From Bacteroidales bacterium (GTDB lineage: Bacteria; Bacteroidota; Bacteroidia; Bacteroidales; F082), in the NCBI GenBank assembly GCA_017395365.1, contig JAFPUN010000012.1, positions 19,330 through 83,329 of the forward strand: a DNA stretch of 64,000 nt, in the 5' to 3' direction. The translations under genes and the position numbers were made by a program. Below the pieces are notes generated by a model, which was given only the letters and a program-made list of their open reading frames with translations, was not told the origin of the DNA and did not search any database. This document shows positions 1 to 8,100 of the stretch, in pieces. Every line of letters starts with the position of its first letter. Position 1 is the stretch's first letter.

Positions 1-3
1 AAT

Positions 4-1323
4 GTGCGGCGGTATTTGATTCCCGGTTATTCGAGGGCTGCGGCGATGATGCAGCTTTCAGAAGGAGAAGTGAGAAGCAAGCTGCTTGAGATACGTTCAT
101 GGGGGCCAACCTACAGGACGATTTTCCTGTTTTTAGCTGAGCTGAAGGAGACGCTTCTTTGGTACGAAAGTATCGACGGGAAAGAGTTGGGCACCACTGT
201 TGTCGCTAACAAGTACCGTTTTCTGACTTTGGAACAGGTTGATTTCGTCGCCGACTTTTACAAACAATATGGTTATTATCCCATGTTCTTCCTGTTAAGG
301 GAACTCCTGGCGACCACGAAAGAAAGAGTGGAGCAGATTTTTGCGATGGCCACTGGTCTCTGTGATGGTCATCCAATGAACTATGCAGAAATCGGCAAGG
401 AGATTGGGTGCACAAGGGAACGTGTCAGGCAATTGATGGTGTTGGCACCTAAAGACTTATTCAAAGACAGGGGATGGATGCATTACCAGCTTAACAAAAC
501 TCTGGTTGTTTCGGAGATTGATGACCTGTATTTGGATGTCGTCGAAAACGAGAAAGTGAACATTTCGTTCGAGACTTTTGCCTTGGTATGTACCGAGGGA
601 TTCCCGATGAAAACAGCGAAAGAGAATGATTTGCGTTTCCTAGTCAACAATCGTTTGAATGTCAGTGTTATCAATAAGGTTTGTGGCGAGGTGGGCAGAC
701 ATAGCAGGCAGATAAGGCCGGAGACGGGTTCTATTTGTCTTGACGATCTGCTGAAGGATATTCCTGATGACAAGAAGGGCATTTACAAGGAGGCCTTGCC
801 AGTCATCATCACTAAGGCATTCGGATTGCCTGTTGACGAAAAAGGGAACATTGTTTTGCCTCCCAATGGGGTGGATGTGGTTTACGAGCTGAGTGAAATC
901 CTGCGCGAGAAAGGCAGGCCGATGAGCATGAAGGAGCTGTATGCAGAACTGATCAAGAGATGTCCAGAGGTCAAGCACAAGAGTTTTGAACACGTCAGAG
1001 GGAAGGTGTTGCGGTCGGAGGCAATAGTTCCCATCGGGAAGTCGTCGAGATACACCTTGGCCGAATGGGACCATGTGTATCGAGGAAGCATCAGGGACTT
1101 GGTGGTCGATATTTTGAAGAAATCCAGGACCCCTATGCACATCAATGAGATTATGGAGAAGGTGTTGCCGGCCTTTCCTTATACCAACAAGAACAGTGTC
1201 ACGTCGAGCCTGGGCAGCGACAAGGAGAGGTTTGTATTGTTGGGAGATGGGTATTATGGGTTGAGAAAAAAGAAGTATCGAGGAGGACTTGTTCCGAAGA
1301 GGAAAGTGAAGAAGGGGAATTAA
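4..1323 (+). CDS. DNA-binding protein: sigma-70 region-4-like HTH plus two HARE-HTH-like winged helices (possibly 5'-truncated by window edge)
   Basis: KERVEQIFAMATGLCDGHPMNYAEIGKEIGCTRERVRQLMV resembles sigma-70 r4. RPMSMKELYAELIKR...YTLAEW and TPMHINEIMEKVL...DKERFVLLGDGYYGL fit the HARE-HTH pattern. The ORF opens with GTG at nt 4 and the frame is open to nt 1. Confidence 0.6.
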   Translation: MRRYLIPGYSRAAAMMQLSEGEVRSKLLEIRSWGPTYRTIFLFLAELKETLLWYESIDGKELGTTVVANKYRFLTLEQVDFVADFYKQYGYYPMFFLLRELLATTKERVEQIFAMATGLCDGHPMNYAEIGKEIGCTRERVRQLMVLAPKDLFKDRGWMHYQLNKTLVVSEIDDLYLDVVENEKVNISFETFALVCTEGFPMKTAKENDLRFLVNNRLNVSVINKVCGEVGRHSRQIRPETGSICLDDLLKDIPDDKKGIYKEALPVIITKAFGLPVDEKGNIVLPPNGVDVVYELSEILREKGRPMSMKELYAELIKRCPEVKHKSFEHVRGKVLRSEAIVPIGKSSRYTLAEWDHVYRGSIRDLVVDILKKSRTPMHINEIMEKVLPAFPYTNKNSVTSSLGSDKERFVLLGDGYYGLRKKKYRGGLVPKRKVKKGN

Positions 1324-1335
1324 AAAGATCATACT

Positions 1336-1857
1336 ATGAGTGAAACCAAGGATTCTGTGAAGATACGGCATTTGATGGAGCAGGCGGAGCGGCTGCCGAA
1401 GCAGGATTGTATTGTCGTGCTGAAGACACTGATGGCTACCGTGGCAGAGGAACATGGCGACTGGACGCAGACGCTGAGGATGGCCATCGAGGAGGCTGAG
1501 GAACGAGAGGAGACCGCTGAACTCCATAGCCGATACAGAATCTCAAAACAAAAGACCACGGCTTTTGTGAAGCTGTTCCGCATCATCTATGACCTGCATA
1601 TCTTTGAGACGGCAGACGGCAGAATCGCCTCGAACTCGGAGGATTTTGTCTGTGACTTGGGGCTGTACTTCAACACGGATATCCGCAACATGAGGAACCT
1701 GCTTTCGTCGGCGAAGCGGACGGGCAACTTCATGGATGTGTTTGAGAGGCTGCATGAGCTTGCACAGGCGTATTATGAGAAGGGGGACGGGCTGAATGCC
1801 GGAAAGCGGGCTGAGGCTCGCGAGTGGCAACAACGCATCGATTTTGAGGGTTTTTGA
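1336..1857 (+). CDS. Hypothetical protein; C-terminal half tentatively RteC-like (regulator of excision genes in Bacteroides elements)
   Basis: 173-aa ORF starting 13 nt after the previous stop. The segment FVKLFRIIYDLHIFETADGRIASNSEDFVCDLGLYFNTDIRNMRNLL resembles the RteC C-terminal pattern from memory only. A hairpin terminator follows. Confidence 0.5.
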   Translation: MSETKDSVKIRHLMEQAERLPKQDCIVVLKTLMATVAEEHGDWTQTLRMAIEEAEEREETAELHSRYRISKQKTTAFVKLFRIIYDLHIFETADGRIASNSEDFVCDLGLYFNTDIRNMRNLLSSAKRTGNFMDVFERLHELAQAYYEKGDGLNAGKRAEAREWQQRIDFEGF

Positions 1858-1909
1858 TTATACGTACAATTGTAGTATAATTCATAGTCCGACACAAGGC
1901 CTCATCTTT

Positions 1910-1943
1910 GCCCACGATTTAACCGTCGTGGGCATTTTCTTTA
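1910..1943 (+). terminator. Rho-independent terminator candidate
   Basis: gcccacga / tcgtgggc 8-bp stem followed by attttctttat. Confidence 0.55.
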
Positions 1944-1983
1944 TCGGTACCGTAAGGATGGCCCGCGCCAAAACGAAAGTATC

Positions 1984-2361
1984 ATGTTAGACACCATCAC
2001 CTTTGACCAACTGCCCCAGGCCGTCGCCGACATCCTCGACGGCATCGCGGAGCTGAAGAGCATCTGCAACGACATCCGTGACAAGGACTCCGGAAAGGAT
2101 GTTTACCTCACTGTGGAGGAGCTTTGCGCCTACCATCCCGACCACCCCTCGCAACAGACCGTGCGCCGCTGGAAACGGCTCGGCTACTTCCCCTATTACA
2201 AGGACGGGGAGACGCGTCGCGTGAAGTTCAAGAAATCGGAGATAGACGCTTGGATTGCCTCCAGCAGGCACATGTCGCGCCAGGAGCGGAACGCGCTGCA
2301 CGACGCGCAGATCCTTGCCAGACGGCAACAAATGGAGATAGGAGGGCTTGACGATGAATGA
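1984..2361 (+). CDS. Excisionase-family (HTH_17/MerR-like) DNA-binding protein
   Basis: LTVEELCAYHPDHPSQQTVRRWKRLGYFPYYKDGETRRVKFKKSEIDAWI is typical of Bacteroides Xis2c/Xis2d-type helix-turn-helix proteins. Confidence 0.7.
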   Translation: MLDTITFDQLPQAVADILDGIAELKSICNDIRDKDSGKDVYLTVEELCAYHPDHPSQQTVRRWKRLGYFPYYKDGETRRVKFKKSEIDAWIASSRHMSRQERNALHDAQILARRQQMEIGGLDDE

Positions 2362-2629
2362 TGAGAAGAAGAGGGTGAGAGCAGGCGAGACACCTGCGAA
2401 CCCAGAGATGGCGGACGAGCCGTCCGCGGGCCTGAAGGAATATCCCGTGCTGTTCGACTGGATTGAATTGTCGGACCTGCTGCTGATGCTGCACCTGACC
2501 AAGAACACCTTGAAGGAGTGGTGTTCGGAGGGCGGGCTGAAATGCAGCCGCATCAAGAACAAGACCTATTTCCTGCGCCAGGACATCGAGCGCTTCCTCT
2601 ACAACCATTACCAAACCTACAAGCCATGA
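2348..2629 (+). CDS. Second excisionase-family (HTH_17) DNA-binding protein
   Basis: LSDLLLMLHLTKNTLKEWCSEGGLKCSRIKNKTYFLRQDIERFL. Overlaps the upstream gene by 14 nt. Confidence 0.65.
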   Translation: MTMNDEKKRVRAGETPANPEMADEPSAGLKEYPVLFDWIELSDLLLMLHLTKNTLKEWCSEGGLKCSRIKNKTYFLRQDIERFLYNHYQTYKP

Positions 2630-3288
2630 ACACCGACAAAAGCAACACCCCGGCGATGTACTTCTGGGGCACACCCGACAACTACGCCGTGAAGCCCTCG
2701 GCGCAATGCGACCTGAAGAGACTGCCCGGCTTCAGCATCTTCAGGCGACCCATCACGAACAAATACCCCTACCAGGTGGTGAACCTGATTGATGTGTTCA
2801 ACTACATCATCAGCGACTACGCCAAAGACCGCACCCGCGAATACCGCACGATCAAGGACGAGCGGTACCGCCGACAGTACAAGTCGGACAAGTTCGACTA
2901 CTGCACCTTCTCCGGCATCTTCACGGTGCGCATCGACAAGGCCATCATCCAGCACTCGGGCTACCTCTGCCTCGACTTCGACCACCTGAAGGATGTGGAG
3001 GCCGTGTTTGAGCAGCTGAAGCAGGATCCATATTTTGAGACGCTGCTGCTGTTTCGCAGTCCCTCTGGCGACGGTTTGAAGTGGGTGATCTCGTTCACGG
3101 ACTCTTTCTATCGGTACGGCAACGACGGGGAGTCGTTCGGGGAATACCAGGTGCGTTTCTTCGCGAGCCTCTACAACTACATCTTCAACCACTACGGCGT
3201 AGAGGTTGACCGCCACTGCCGCAACCTCTCCCGCGCTTGTTACCTGCCGCACGACGTGGATGCCTACCTTAATCCCTCGCTGCTATGA
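2626..3288 (+). CDS. Primase-like protein (BT4734/VirE N-terminal-like prim-pol domain)
   Basis: ATG at 2626 overlaps the previous stop (ATGA). Motifs LCLDFDHL, LLLFRSPSGDGLKWVISF and CRNLSRACYLPHD. The ORF-track start at 2518 is a non-ATG extension. Confidence 0.65.
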   Translation: MNTDKSNTPAMYFWGTPDNYAVKPSAQCDLKRLPGFSIFRRPITNKYPYQVVNLIDVFNYIISDYAKDRTREYRTIKDERYRRQYKSDKFDYCTFSGIFTVRIDKAIIQHSGYLCLDFDHLKDVEAVFEQLKQDPYFETLLLFRSPSGDGLKWVISFTDSFYRYGNDGESFGEYQVRFFASLYNYIFNHYGVEVDRHCRNLSRACYLPHDVDAYLNPSLL

Positions 3289-5042
3289 AGAAAGCCATCT
3301 TCAATCCCGATGACTGGAATGCCGCCGTGGCTTCGTCGGCCAGGCACACTGATGTTGAAGCTTTGGTGAGTGCCGTCGAGGCCTCGGGCATCGACATCAC
3401 GGCTGCCTATTCCGACTGGCTGGCCATCGGCTTCGCCTTAGTGTCGGAGCTGGGCGAGGAAGGGCGGTCGTTCTTCCACCGCCTCAGCCGCTTCTATCCG
3501 GGTTATGACATGGCCGAGGCCGACCGGCAATATACGGCCTGCCTGCGTGACGGGAGCCGAGAAATCAGCATCGCCACGCTGTTCCATATCGCCGAGACGC
3601 ACGGCATCGTTATCCCCGTTTCCTCACGAAAACGATGTGAGGAAGTTGAGGAAGATGAGGAAAACGAGGAAGCGGGGCGGTCAAAATCGGTCAAGACCGA
3701 CACCTTCTCGCAGGCTGTCGGCGGCCAACTGCCCGACATCCTGAAGCGCATCGTGGCCGATGCCGTGTCGGCGGTGGATGCTGACCTGCTTATCCTTGGC
3801 TCGCTCACCGTGTTTTCAGCCTGTCTGCCGAATGTGTACGGCGTGTATGACAGGAGGGAGGTGTTTTCGAACCTCTTCCTCTATGTCACGGCCAGCGCCT
3901 CGGCAGGCAAGGGGCGGTTGTCGCTGTGCCGACACTTGGCCGCGCCGCTGCATCGGGAGCTGAGGGAGCAGTACCGCAAGTCGATGGAGCGGTACAAGCA
4001 GGAGCAGCTGCAGTATGTCATGAACAAGAAGAAGGGCGAGGCTTCCGAGCCTGAGGAGCCGCCGTTTCTGACGCTGTTCATCCCGGCCAACAGCACGGCG
4101 ACGGTGGTCTATCAGACTCTGTCGCAGAACAACGGCGTGGGGCTGCTTTTCGAGACCGAGGGCGACACGTTGGCCAATGCTTTCAACTCGGACCTGGGGA
4201 ACTACTCGGACGGCTTCAGGAAGGCGTTTCACCATGAGATGATTTCGTACCTTCGGAAGAAGGATCGCGAGTATGTGGAAATCACGAAGCCGAAGTTTTC
4301 GGCCATCCTGTCGGGCACGCCGGAGCAGGTTTTCAACCTGATCCCTTCGGCGGAGAACGGGCTTTTCAGTCGCTTCATCTTCTACGTGATGCCGACGGAG
4401 ATCGTTTGGCACGACATGTTTGACGCCTCGGAGGGGCCCACTGCCGACGAGCTGTTCAAGGAAATAGGCAGGGACTTCTACCAGTTCCACAAGCTGCTGG
4501 GTGCGCAGCCTATCCGCTTCACCCTTCCGCAGGAGCAGCAGCGGAGGTTCAACGCTTTCTTTTCGAAGGCACAGGCGGAGTATGCCGCGCTGTTCGGCAA
4601 CGACATCATCGCCTCGGTGCGCCGACTGGGGCTGATACTCTTTCGCTTCGCGATGATCCTGACAGTGCTCCGACAGATGGATGAGGGCGCTTTTCCGTTG
4701 GCTCTTGATGACGGGAAGGAGGCTTTGCTGGTCTGCACGGACGCTGATTTCGACACGGCCTTGGCGATGGTGAAGGTGCTGCTGCAGCACACGGTGAGGG
4801 TGTTTCAGGCCTTGCCGCGCAGGGCTGAGCGGCGCTTCAGGCAGGACCGTCGGCAGCGGACGGAGAGTTTTATGCAGACTTTCCTTGCCGCCTTGCCCGA
4901 TGCGTTCAGCCGTTCGGGCTACCTTCAGACGGCTGCCGACATGGGCATCAGTGAGAAGACGGCTGAGCGGTACATCGCGGAGCTGTGCAGGTCGGGGATG
5001 CTGGAGCATCCGGCCAGTGGGCAGTATGTGAAACCATCATGA
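3285..5042 (+). CDS. PriCT-2 plus DUF3987 helicase-like protein (primase-associated)
   Basis: N-terminal SDWLAIGFALVSELGEEGRSFFHRLSRFYPGYD (PriCT-2-like), an acidic linker, then a large DUF3987-like domain (VTASASAGKGRLS). ATGA overlap with the primase-like gene. Confidence 0.7.
   Translation: MKKAIFNPDDWNAAVASSARHTDVEALVSAVEASGIDITAAYSDWLAIGFALVSELGEEGRSFFHRLSRFYPGYDMAEADRQYTACLRDGSREISIATLFHIAETHGIVIPVSSRKRCEEVEEDEENEEAGRSKSVKTDTFSQAVGGQLPDILKRIVADAVSAVDADLLILGSLTVFSACLPNVYGVYDRREVFSNLFLYVTASASAGKGRLSLCRHLAAPLHRELREQYRKSMERYKQEQLQYVMNKKKGEASEPEEPPFLTLFIPANSTATVVYQTLSQNNGVGLLFETEGDTLANAFNSDLGNYSDGFRKAFHHEMISYLRKKDREYVEITKPKFSAILSGTPEQVFNLIPSAENGLFSRFIFYVMPTEIVWHDMFDASEGPTADELFKEIGRDFYQFHKLLGAQPIRFTLPQEQQRRFNAFFSKAQAEYAALFGNDIIASVRRLGLILFRFAMILTVLRQMDEGAFPLALDDGKEALLVCTDADFDTALAMVKVLLQHTVRVFQALPRRAERRFRQDRRQRTESFMQTFLAALPDAFSRSGYLQTAADMGISEKTAERYIAELCRSGMLEHPASGQYVKPS
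3615..3674 (+). repeat. Copy A of hairpin plus GAGGAA-N3 repeat segment (inside the DUF3987 gene linker)
   Basis: ttcctcac-gaaaacgat-gtgaggaa hairpin followed by four gaggaa units at 9-nt spacing. An inverted homologous copy lies at 5546-5641. Confidence 0.8.
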
Positions 5043-5063
5043 CCGTGGAAGCGCCCACGGGAA

Positions 5064-5339
5064 TCAGTTGGGAAGGGCCTCGGCATCGGTAACGATGTCC
5101 GGGGCCTTTTTGTTGAGGAGCATGAGCCATTGGCGGGCTTCGTTGAGGATAGGCTCGCGCTCATCGAGAATCTTGGCGACTTCCTGGACGCAGTTTGTCA
5201 CGGTTTCTTCGGAGGGGTCGCCGTCGAGCTGTTTGTCGATGGCGGCCATGCGTTTGTCGAGGTCGGCGATTTGTGCCTTCAGTTCTTTCAGGCGTTGTAT
5301 GATGAGTTTGTCGTCCATGGGCTGTTGGGTTTGGGGCAT
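5064..5339 (-). CDS. Small hypothetical coiled-coil protein
   Basis: 91-aa ORF on the opposite strand to the island module, with heptad-like KELKAQIADLDKRMAAIDKQL. No recognisable domain. Confidence 0.45.
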   Translation of the reverse strand: MPQTQQPMDDKLIIQRLKELKAQIADLDKRMAAIDKQLDGDPSEETVTNCVQEVAKILDEREPILNEARQWLMLLNKKAPDIVTDAEALPN

Positions 5340-5545
5340 AAAGAAGGCGCGGACTGCACCATTTTCATTAGCAGCAAGGCTCTGGTAAACCTTTTAAGTA
5401 TGAAAACGATCGCCTACGCCTATAAGCGCAGGCCTTATCGTTCGGTTTCCACTTATTGAAATTTACCAGATTTCGCTGCTAGGAAACGCGAGCGTAAAGC
5501 CCTAACATTATGTCTTATACGGGTACAAAAGTAAGACTTTTCTTT

Positions 5546-5641
5546 GAATGGGAGAATTTTTGTGGTTTTTGAGGGGTGGGAATTTTCCTCACTTTCCTCA
5601 AGTTCCTCATTTTCCTCAACATGTTTTCGTGAGGAAAATGG
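5546..5641 (-). repeat. Copy B (inverted) of the hairpin plus GAGGAA-repeat segment; remnant homologous to the DUF3987 gene linker
   Basis: The reverse complement reads cca ttt tcc tca cga aaa cat gtt gag gaa aat gag gaa ctt gag gaa agt gag gaa. By hand alignment 45 of 57 nt match 3615-3671, with weaker similarity further on. Confidence 0.75.
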
Positions 5642-5696
5642 CACGGGACGGTGCCTGGTGTGGGCTTTTTTCGTGAGCGGTTGTGGATAGGTGGGG

Positions 5697-5732
5697 GCGT
5701 GTCAACGGGGATGTGGTGCGTGTCAACGGGAT
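5697..5732 (+). promoter_or_regulatory. Two direct 13-nt repeats gcgtgtcaacggg (candidate recombinase/excisionase arm-type sites)
   Basis: Identical 13-mers at 5697-5709 and 5718-5730, 21 nt apart. Confidence 0.45.
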
Positions 5733-5803
5733 GGATTTTCGTGGCGACGATATGCGTCTATTATCGGTTTTTGTGACAATGATGGTATAGGTTTTTGGAA
5801 ATC

Positions 5804-5824
5804 GGTTGACACGTGGTTGACACG
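5804..5824 (+). promoter_or_regulatory. Two direct 10-nt repeats ggttgacacg, the inverse of the 5697-5732 repeat core
   Basis: ggttgacacg at 5804-5813 and 5815-5824. The reverse complement cgtgtcaacc shares the 9-nt core with the upstream pair. Confidence 0.45.
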
Positions 5825-5835
5825 GGAGGGGGAGT

Positions 5836-5884
5836 TTGGGGAAAGAAAAATCCCTAACTCGTTGATTATTAGAGTTAGGGATTT
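5836..5884 (-). terminator. Rho-independent terminator of tRNA-Lys
   Basis: 12-bp stem aaatccctaact / agttagggattt at 5848-5884, 7 nt past the tRNA 3' end, followed on the minus strand by ttttctttcccc. Confidence 0.6.
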
Positions 5885-5891
5885 GGAATTG

Positions 5892-5967
5892 TGGTACTCC
5901 CGCAGGGGGTCGAACCCTGGACACCCTGATTAAGAGTCAGGTGCTCTACCAACTGAGCTACGGAAGC
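5892..5967 (-). tRNA. tRNA-Lys (anticodon CTT), CCA encoded
   Basis: Hand-folded cloverleaf of 76 nt: GCTTCCG-TA-GCTC-AGTTGGTA-GAGC-A-CCTGA-CTCTTAA-TCAGG-GTGTC-CAGGG-TTCGACC-CCCTG-CGGGAGT-A-CCA. The acceptor stem has G1-U72 and U4-G69 wobbles. Confidence 0.9.
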
Positions 5968-5981
5968 ATCGTTTGTGGGTG

Positions 5982-5989
5982 CAAAAGTA
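5982..5989 (-). promoter_or_regulatory. Bacteroidota -7 box (TAcTTTTG) for tRNA-Lys
   Basis: Plus strand caaaagta, 15 nt upstream of the tRNA 5' end. Confidence 0.5.
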
Positions 5990-6141
5990 CAACCTTTTTC
6001 AATACGATGAACCTTTTTCAACAACTTTTTTTTCATAAGTATATCAATTCATTGTAAAACAGATATTTATAAAAACACCAAAATACCATCAAAACTTAAT
6101 TTTTGCGCCACAAAAACCGACCAACCTGTACAAAATTATAG

Positions 6142-6149
6142 TATTTTTG
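6142..6149 (+). promoter_or_regulatory. -7 box TAttTTTG
   Basis: 26 nt upstream of the ATG at 6175. Confidence 0.5.
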
Positions 6150-6174
6150 CCGACTCAAAAAAAGACCGAAAACC

Positions 6175-8097
6175 ATGAAGAGAAAAGAAAAGGACAGTAA
6201 CCCGCTCTTGCAAAACGACTTCACCACGCTTTTGCTGCGTCTTTTGGCGGTTTATGTCATCATGGCCATCCTGCAAGTGGCTTTCTATATGATTGACAAA
6301 CCCTATTTGGGGCATATCTCTGACTTCAGCGAGACCTTAAGCATCGCGAAAGGCGCATTACGCTTCAACCTCATGTCGGTGCTTCTGGCCAACACTCCGT
6401 TCATCCTCCTCTCCATCCTGCCCTTCTACTTTCGCGAGAGGCGTTGGTACCAAGGTATCTTGTACGCTATTTACTTGATTACCAACTCCGCCGTTATCAT
6501 CCTAAACAGCGCCGACATCATCTACTTCACCCACACCATGAAGCGCGTCACCTTTGAGGACACCCATTTCACCAGCAATAGCAATAACTTACCCATTATC
6601 CTTGACTTCATCACACACAACCTGCCTGTCATCATCATTGCACTCGCGCTCATCGGATTGCTCATCTACAGTTGGCATTACATCATATATCGTCCCACAC
6701 GCATCGAAAACAAGCGACGCTACTACCTCGTCAACTCCATCGCCGCCATGATAGTCGTCGTTCTGACAATTTGCGGAATACGCGGCACCGTCAACCCTAC
6801 CAAGCCTTGGACCAAGATGAGCGAGGCAGCGGAGTATTCACCCGAGAAGACCTGGCTCACGCTCAGCAACCCTTACTGTTTTTTCCGATCGCTCGATAAA
6901 GAAACCGAATACGACCGTGTAAGTTATTTCAGCGACGAGGAATGTAACCGCATCTATAGTCCCGAGCATGATCTCGACAGTTGTTGCATCGACTTGGGTC
7001 AGCGCAACGTTGTAGTGTTTATCATGGAGAGTTTCAGCAAGGAACACTCAAAATACCTCTGCCCCGAACTGTATCCAAACGAAACAGGCTGCACTCCCTT
7101 CCTAGACTCGCTGATGCAGGAAGGCTACACCTTCACCCACGCCTACGCCAACGGTATGAAGTCGATTGAGGCCATGCCCGCCATCTTTGCATCTATCCCC
7201 TCATTCAAGACCTCGTTTGCCACCATGCCCGAGACTTTCGGCGAGTTCGAAGCCATGCCCGAGATACTGGCCAAACAAGGCTACGAAACGGCCTTCTTCA
7301 GCGGCAGCGAACACAACTCCATGGGCTTTGAGGAAATGGCCCAAAGGTTTGGCGTCGAGAAATGCTATTGCCGTGAAGAATACGAGAAAGACTATCCTGT
7401 GAACGACAGCACCATAGAGCCTTTCTGGGGCGTCTACGACATGCCTTATTTCCTTTTTATGGCTGATGAAATCGACAAAATGCAGGAGCCTTTCTTCGCT
7501 TCGGTCTTCAACCTCACTTCGCACCATCCCTACCGCGTGCCGCCCGACTATGCCGACATCGTACCCCAAGGTCACAACCCCGAACAACACGTGGTGGCAT
7601 ACACCGACATGGCTTTCCGCGCCTTCTTCGAACGCGTCGAAAATGAACCGTGGTTCTGCAACACAATCTTCGTCTTCGTGGCCGACCATGTGGCACCCCT
7701 TGCCTACGACCCACAGACACGTAGCACCATGAAAGGACGCTCTTCCATCATCCAATTCCTCTATACCCCCGACGGCACTTTGCAAGGCACCGACAGCACC
7801 ACCGTCCAGCAACTCGACCTCATGCCTACCGTCCTAGGACTTCTTGGCAACAAAGAGCCTTACTTCGCCTTCGGCCGTGATGTGTTCAACGAACCGCAAC
7901 GGGAACCCGTTGCCTTCAATTGCATCAACCAAATGTACCAATGCATCACCAACTCGACGACGTTCTATTTCAACACCGAAAAAGTGGTAGAGATTAAAGA
8001 AGGGAATCCGCAAAAAAGTGATGAGGACTTTCTGAAAGCCGTGCTACAAAGCTACGCCGAAAGTCTTGCTAACAAGAAATACACAACACAAGAATAA
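6175..8097 (+). CDS. LTA synthase family protein (membrane-anchored sulfatase/phosphoglycerol-transferase-like)
   Basis: About five N-terminal TM segments, then a sulfatase-type domain with NVVVFIMESFSKE and NLTSHHPY. Confidence 0.8.
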   Translation: MKRKEKDSNPLLQNDFTTLLLRLLAVYVIMAILQVAFYMIDKPYLGHISDFSETLSIAKGALRFNLMSVLLANTPFILLSILPFYFRERRWYQGILYAIYLITNSAVIILNSADIIYFTHTMKRVTFEDTHFTSNSNNLPIILDFITHNLPVIIIALALIGLLIYSWHYIIYRPTRIENKRRYYLVNSIAAMIVVVLTICGIRGTVNPTKPWTKMSEAAEYSPEKTWLTLSNPYCFFRSLDKETEYDRVSYFSDEECNRIYSPEHDLDSCCIDLGQRNVVVFIMESFSKEHSKYLCPELYPNETGCTPFLDSLMQEGYTFTHAYANGMKSIEAMPAIFASIPSFKTSFATMPETFGEFEAMPEILAKQGYETAFFSGSEHNSMGFEEMAQRFGVEKCYCREEYEKDYPVNDSTIEPFWGVYDMPYFLFMADEIDKMQEPFFASVFNLTSHHPYRVPPDYADIVPQGHNPEQHVVAYTDMAFRAFFERVENEPWFCNTIFVFVADHVAPLAYDPQTRSTMKGRSSIIQFLYTPDGTLQGTDSTTVQQLDLMPTVLGLLGNKEPYFAFGRDVFNEPQREPVAFNCINQMYQCITNSTTFYFNTEKVVEIKEGNPQKSDEDFLKAVLQSYAESLANKKYTTQE

Positions 8098-8100
8098 GGC

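Larger units (their letters stand above)
1..5891. mobile_element. Partial integrated genomic island (NBU-like excision/replication module) ending at the 3' end of tRNA-Lys; integrase and left junction outside window
   Basis: Co-directional coupled module of two excisionase-type HTH genes, a primase-like gene and a PriCT-2/DUF3987 gene (ATGA overlaps at 2626 and 3285). G+C is visibly higher than in flanking core genes. The module abuts the tRNA-Lys 3' end, with clustered short repeats next to the junction. Confidence 0.6.

Noticed and set aside
3816-5009. 397-aa minus-strand ORF inside the island
   Set aside because: It is antisense to the DUF3987 gene. It is Arg/Leu/Gln-rich shadow sequence produced by the GC-rich codon bias of the sense gene.
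1-5891. Integrase, relaxase or transposase within the visible island part
   Set aside because: None of the ORFs shows tyrosine or serine recombinase, relaxase or DDE motifs. The recombinase, if any, must lie left of the window, so the element type remains provisional.
5453-5933. Three overlapping 60-100-aa ORFs (5453-5644, 5616-5924, 5691-5933)
   Set aside because: They translate the GAGGAA-repeat remnant, the arm-type repeats, the tRNA terminator and part of tRNA-Lys itself, so they are not credible genes.
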